Positions 61,064 to 64,000 of a DNA stretch of 64,000 bases are shown here, piece by piece. Origin of the DNA: Candidatus Microgenomates bacterium (GTDB lineage Bacteria; Patescibacteriota; Microgenomatia; JACQLA01); the NCBI GenBank assembly GCA_016204255.1, contig JACQLA010000006.1, positions 3,038 through 67,037 on the forward strand. Reading direction: 5' to 3'. Each line of letters opens with the position of its first letter. The first letter of the stretch is position 1. The translations under genes were made by a program, and so were the position numbers. The notes beneath the pieces are model-generated. The model was not told where the DNA came from, searched no databases, and saw nothing but the letters and a program-made list of their open reading frames with translations.

Positions 61064-62533
61064 CTATCGGGTATTAACCACAATTGTTTTAATTCTCGTC
61101 ATTTCGGAGAGTAAATATTTAGCCCCTTGAACCATGCCTAGACCCGAACGCTTAACCCCGATAAAAGGGAAGTGGTCTGGGCCGCGGGCGTCTTTACCGT
61201 TGACTTGCACTGTCCCCACCTCAAGTTCGCGGGCAACGGCAAAAGCCTTATCAATATCCTGGGTAAAGACTGAGGACTGTAAACCATACTCGGATTGATT
61301 GGCGATCTCTACCGCTTCTTTCCAATCTTTAACCTCAATGATTGGCAAAACCGGACCAAAAGGTTCTTCCCAGGCAATCCGCATATTGGGGGCAACTTTG
61401 ATTAAAATTGTCGCCTCAAGATACCGACCATCACGCTTGCCACCGCAAAAAATCGTTGCCCCTTTAAGCAGGGCATCGTCAATTAGCTCCTGAACGTAAT
61501 CGGCAGTCTGGTCATTAATCATAGGTCCCAATGTAACATTTTCTTTACGCGGATCGTCTAAAATGAATTTTTCTTTAACAATTTCCCCGAGTCTCCAGGC
61601 AAATTCTGTAGCTACTTTTGCTTCAACCAGAACTCTTTTAATACCCGTGCACCTTTGCCCGGCATAAGAGAAAGAACCGGCGGCAATTTCTTTGGCGGCC
61701 AAGTCCAAATTGGCATCGGCCAAAACAATTGAAGCATCCTTACCCGAAAGACCAAAAATTAATTTTTTAACTCCCGCCAGTTGAGCCACATGAGACGCGG
61801 TTTTATAAGAACCGGTTAGATTAATGGCATTAACCTGAGGGTGGGAAACCAGAAAATCACCAATCTCCTCTCCCCGCCCGGTAACCAAGTTCAAAACTCC
61901 AGGCGGCAGTCCTGCCTTTTGGAATACATAGGCTAAATGTAAGGTTGAAATCCCGCCCTGCGTCGGCGCTTTAACAACCAAAGAATTACCCACTACTAAA
62001 GCGGCACAAATTTTAGGCGCGCCTTCATTAATCGGATAATTAAATGGCGGAATGGCCAGAACCACCCCTAAAGGCACCCGCTCAGCAATAGCCAGTTTTA
62101 CTTTCTTATAACCGGGGAAGGCATCAGAAGAAAGAGTTTCACCAGTCAGTCTTCTTCCCTCCTCTGCGTAATAGTTAATTAAGTCAACCGTACGCAAAAC
62201 CTCATCTTCGGCCTCTTTGCGGGGTTTGCCGATTTCCGAAATTAAAAGATCAGTTAAATAATCTTTCTGCTCTCCCAGAATTTTGGCGGCCCGAAGAATA
62301 ATTTCGACTCTTTCGTGGATTAAAGTATTTTCCCACCCTTTTTGGGCATCGCGGGCGGCAACAATAGCTAGCTCCGCTTCTTCCTGGCTTACACTGGGAA
62401 TTTGGCCGAGTTCATTACCATCAATCGGTGAACGGATTTCAGTTGATTTACCGCTTTTGGAAAATTGCCACTGGCCATTAACCAAAAATTTATAGTTTTT
62501 TCCTTCTTTAATTTCACTGAAAAAATCCGCCAT
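61064..62533 (-). CDS. gapN: non-phosphorylating NADP-dependent glyceraldehyde-3-phosphate dehydrogenase (GapN) / aldehyde dehydrogenase
   Basis: 489 aa. Catalytic Cys context AGQRCTGIKRVLV (GapN-like) and EEPFGPVLP. Confidence 0.8.
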   Translation of the reverse strand: MADFFSEIKEGKNYKFLVNGQWQFSKSGKSTEIRSPIDGNELGQIPSVSQEEAELAIVAARDAQKGWENTLIHERVEIILRAAKILGEQKDYLTDLLISEIGKPRKEAEDEVLRTVDLINYYAEEGRRLTGETLSSDAFPGYKKVKLAIAERVPLGVVLAIPPFNYPINEGAPKICAALVVGNSLVVKAPTQGGISTLHLAYVFQKAGLPPGVLNLVTGRGEEIGDFLVSHPQVNAINLTGSYKTASHVAQLAGVKKLIFGLSGKDASIVLADANLDLAAKEIAAGSFSYAGQRCTGIKRVLVEAKVATEFAWRLGEIVKEKFILDDPRKENVTLGPMINDQTADYVQELIDDALLKGATIFCGGKRDGRYLEATILIKVAPNMRIAWEEPFGPVLPIIEVKDWKEAVEIANQSEYGLQSSVFTQDIDKAFAVARELEVGTVQVNGKDARGPDHFPFIGVKRSGLGMVQGAKYLLSEMTRIKTIVVNTR

Positions 62534-62581
62534 GAGACCATCTTACAAAAGGGGTGTCAAAAAGACAAGTCAGAATTAATC

Positions 62582-63565
62582 TTAGTTGGTGAAATTTTGA
62601 GTGAACATCTTTCCGTAGATTCCGCCGTCGATAACTCCAATCCCGACCCGGCCAAAATCCGGCGAAAGGATATTGGCCCGATGTCCCGGGCTTTTCATTA
62701 ATCCTTCATGGGCCAAATTCACATCCGGGGCCAAAGCCAGATTTTCGCCAGCGGCTTTGAAGGTTATTCCTGCCTGACTTAAACGATCAAAAGGCGAAAG
62801 CCCCTCGGGATTATAGTGAGAAAAATAGCCACGCTCAAACATATCCTTTGAATGAGCCCGGGCAACCACTTGCACTCTTTCATCAAAAATTAAAGGATTT
62901 AGCCCGAAATTAACTCTTTCTTCGTTGACTTTCCCAAACATAATCCTTTCTGAATCAACATCGACGGATAAGTCTTTTTGAACAAAACGAAGATCAACTT
63001 TTTCCTGACTACGCGGTTCAATGGTGAAAAAATTAAGAGCTTCTGACGCGGCCTCACCAAAAACCCCACGCAACTCCCCCTCCAGTCCAGAGGTTTGGGC
63101 AACAAGATAGCTGCCGATTTTTGATTTTAAAATATCCGCTTTTATAATGCCGGCAACGGGTAGAGCTAAAGTTAAAACCAAAATGAAGGCAAAGAAGATT
63201 AGCGTCTCACCGATGGCCGGAATAAAACCTAAAATTCGATTAATGCTGGATTGCGAGAACTTTGGCGAAACATGATTGTAAACTGACCCTAAAAGCCAAA
63301 ATATCACCGTTTCGGCAACAATCCCGATAATCAGGAAGCTTAAGGCGTTAGCAATGCCAATTGGTAAGGAAAAATTAGCCTCAAGAACAATCGCTAAAAG
63401 GGCATAAAATTTTAAAGCAAGAAGAAAAGATAAAATAAAACTGCTTAAATCTAAAAGTCCGATTAAAAAACCTCTCTGCCAACCTTCAAAAAGCGCCAGA
63501 ATTAAAAAGAAAATAATAATTAAATCGACCCAGTTGCCGTTTAAAACCGGAAGATTTAGATTCAT
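62582..63565 (-). CDS. fusion of a CvpA-family membrane domain and an extracytoplasmic CAP/SCP (YkwD-like) domain
   Basis: The N-terminal ~150 aa form 4 TM helices of CvpA type. The C-terminal part carries AHSKDMFERGYFSH, GENLA and SPGHRANIL, which are CAP-domain motifs. Confidence 0.7.
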   Translation of the reverse strand: MNLNLPVLNGNWVDLIIIFFLILALFEGWQRGFLIGLLDLSSFILSFLLALKFYALLAIVLEANFSLPIGIANALSFLIIGIVAETVIFWLLGSVYNHVSPKFSQSSINRILGFIPAIGETLIFFAFILVLTLALPVAGIIKADILKSKIGSYLVAQTSGLEGELRGVFGEAASEALNFFTIEPRSQEKVDLRFVQKDLSVDVDSERIMFGKVNEERVNFGLNPLIFDERVQVVARAHSKDMFERGYFSHYNPEGLSPFDRLSQAGITFKAAGENLALAPDVNLAHEGLMKSPGHRANILSPDFGRVGIGVIDGGIYGKMFTQNFTN

Positions 63566-63763
63566 ACAATAAAATTATACTACTCTGGTCTATTTTTGCT
63601 ATTTGATATAATTGGAAAATTACACAAGACCGCAAAACGTATTGCAGTATAGCTAACGATATTAATTACATAAATTGCACAGGCAGCATCAGGGCGGCGC
63701 GGTATAATTGCGAAAGCAATTAGCAGTGAGCGTCTAATAAAAAACATTGCAAAGACTAAAAGC

Positions 63764-64000
63764 ATGGTAAAAGCTAAAAAAACAAACAAAAAAACCTCTT
63801 TAAAGAAAAGGCAGCCAAAAAGCGTAGTTATTTTTCCAAAGAAAGGAAAAATTCCGTCTTTAAAAGAACAGTTTGGTCGGATTTTAAAAATCAGGTCTCG
63901 GCGAAAAATGGCGGCTGTTTTAATGCTGTTTATTTTAATTGCCGGGGGAATATTTTTTCTTTTCCGCGACCTTCCCTCCCCAACCAAACTCGCCAGTCGG
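63764..64000 (+). CDS. probable penicillin-binding protein / transglycosylase, N-terminal fragment (runs off the right edge)
   Basis: My translation from ATG 63764 is MVKAKKTNKKTSLKKRQPKS...MAAVLMLFILIAGGIFFLFRDLPSPTKLASR. A basic tail, a TM helix and a DLPS..L junction are typical of class A PBPs. The frame is open to the window end. Confidence 0.45.
   Translation, partial: MVKAKKTNKKTSLKKRQPKSVVIFPKKGKIPSLKEQFGRILKIRSRRKMAAVLMLFILIAGGIFFLFRDLPSPTKLASR

Noticed and set aside
63580-63987. 135-aa minus-strand ORF at the right end
   Set aside because: The sequence is low-complexity and Phe/Leu-rich. It overlaps a more convincing plus-strand start of a PBP-like gene (basic tail plus TM plus DLPS junction) beginning at 63764.
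1-64000. CRISPR arrays, rRNA genes, classical IS elements/transposases, prophage blocks
   Set aside because: Reading through all intergenic regions longer than 80 nt, I saw no regularly spaced direct repeats, rRNA-like sequence, or transposase/integrase other than the Xer-like gene. A by-eye search cannot exclude very short or degenerate elements.
1-64000. Alternative genetic code (UGA or UAA reassignment, as in some CPR lineages)
   Set aside because: Well-conserved genes close on TGA, TAA and TAG at expected lengths, and ATGA start/stop overlaps use TGA as a stop. Only one in-frame TAA was found (the GH63-like gene), which fits a point mutation better than recoding.

Overview
Gene-dense, AT-rich bacterial chromosome segment, coded almost entirely on the minus strand. 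The standard genetic code applies: long ORFs end in TAA, TAG or TGA, and I see no UGA recoding. Gene content fits a reduced-genome Patescibacteria/CPR-like organism (inference only). Supporting traits are many 4-nt ATGA start/stop overlaps, many small DUF-type membrane proteins, and archaeal-flavoured enzymes: ATP-dependent DNA ligase, EndoQ-like PHP nuclease, archaeal-type UMP and CMP kinases, class II RNR and GapN.

Blocks from left to right:
- Thioredoxin system (DsbA-like, ferredoxin, TrxB, TrxA).
- Glycan genes (GDE-like, GalT-like).
- A copper island: the CopA operon, CsoR, a Met-rich protein, and a DUF1573/CcdA-fusion/Cys-rich operon.
- ZIP, IscU, DUF72, AcyP, DedA, a FolC-MGMT fusion, Pth.
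- A tightly coupled string LmbE / GNAT / EndoQ-like / DNA ligase / Fic.
- NnrD, RecF, PyrH, Fpg, GT4, HAD, 5'-3' exonuclease, a GH63-like gene with an in-frame stop, FtsH, a frameshifted Crp/Fnr regulator, TrpS.
- Three tRNAs (two CAU, one UAU), FtsB and Xer.
- A VirD4-like ATPase, then orphan genes.
- A B12 block: candidate cobalamin riboswitch, GIY-YIG cassette, PduO, two NrdJ, NrdR.
- SDR, two Nudix, two CMP-kinase paralogs, GuaA, GapN, a CvpA-CAP fusion, and the start of a PBP-like gene.

Most interesting observations:
1. A candidate cobalamin riboswitch with a complete RBS-sequestering expression platform, controlling an orphan zinc-ribbon protein beside the B12-dependent RNR operon.
2. 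A GIY-YIG gene carried inside a nested-hairpin palindromic element. A payload-less copy lies 18 kb away and shows compensatory base changes.
3. Two near-identical CsoR-type operators that define a small copper regulon of uncharacterised envelope thiol/Met-rich proteins.
4. An ATP-cone/PD-(D/E)xK nuclease translationally coupled inside the copA operon.
5. An atypical tRNA(CAU) and a tRNA-Ile(UAU).

No CRISPR array, rRNA or classical IS element was seen. All family calls rest on motif recognition by eye, with no database search.
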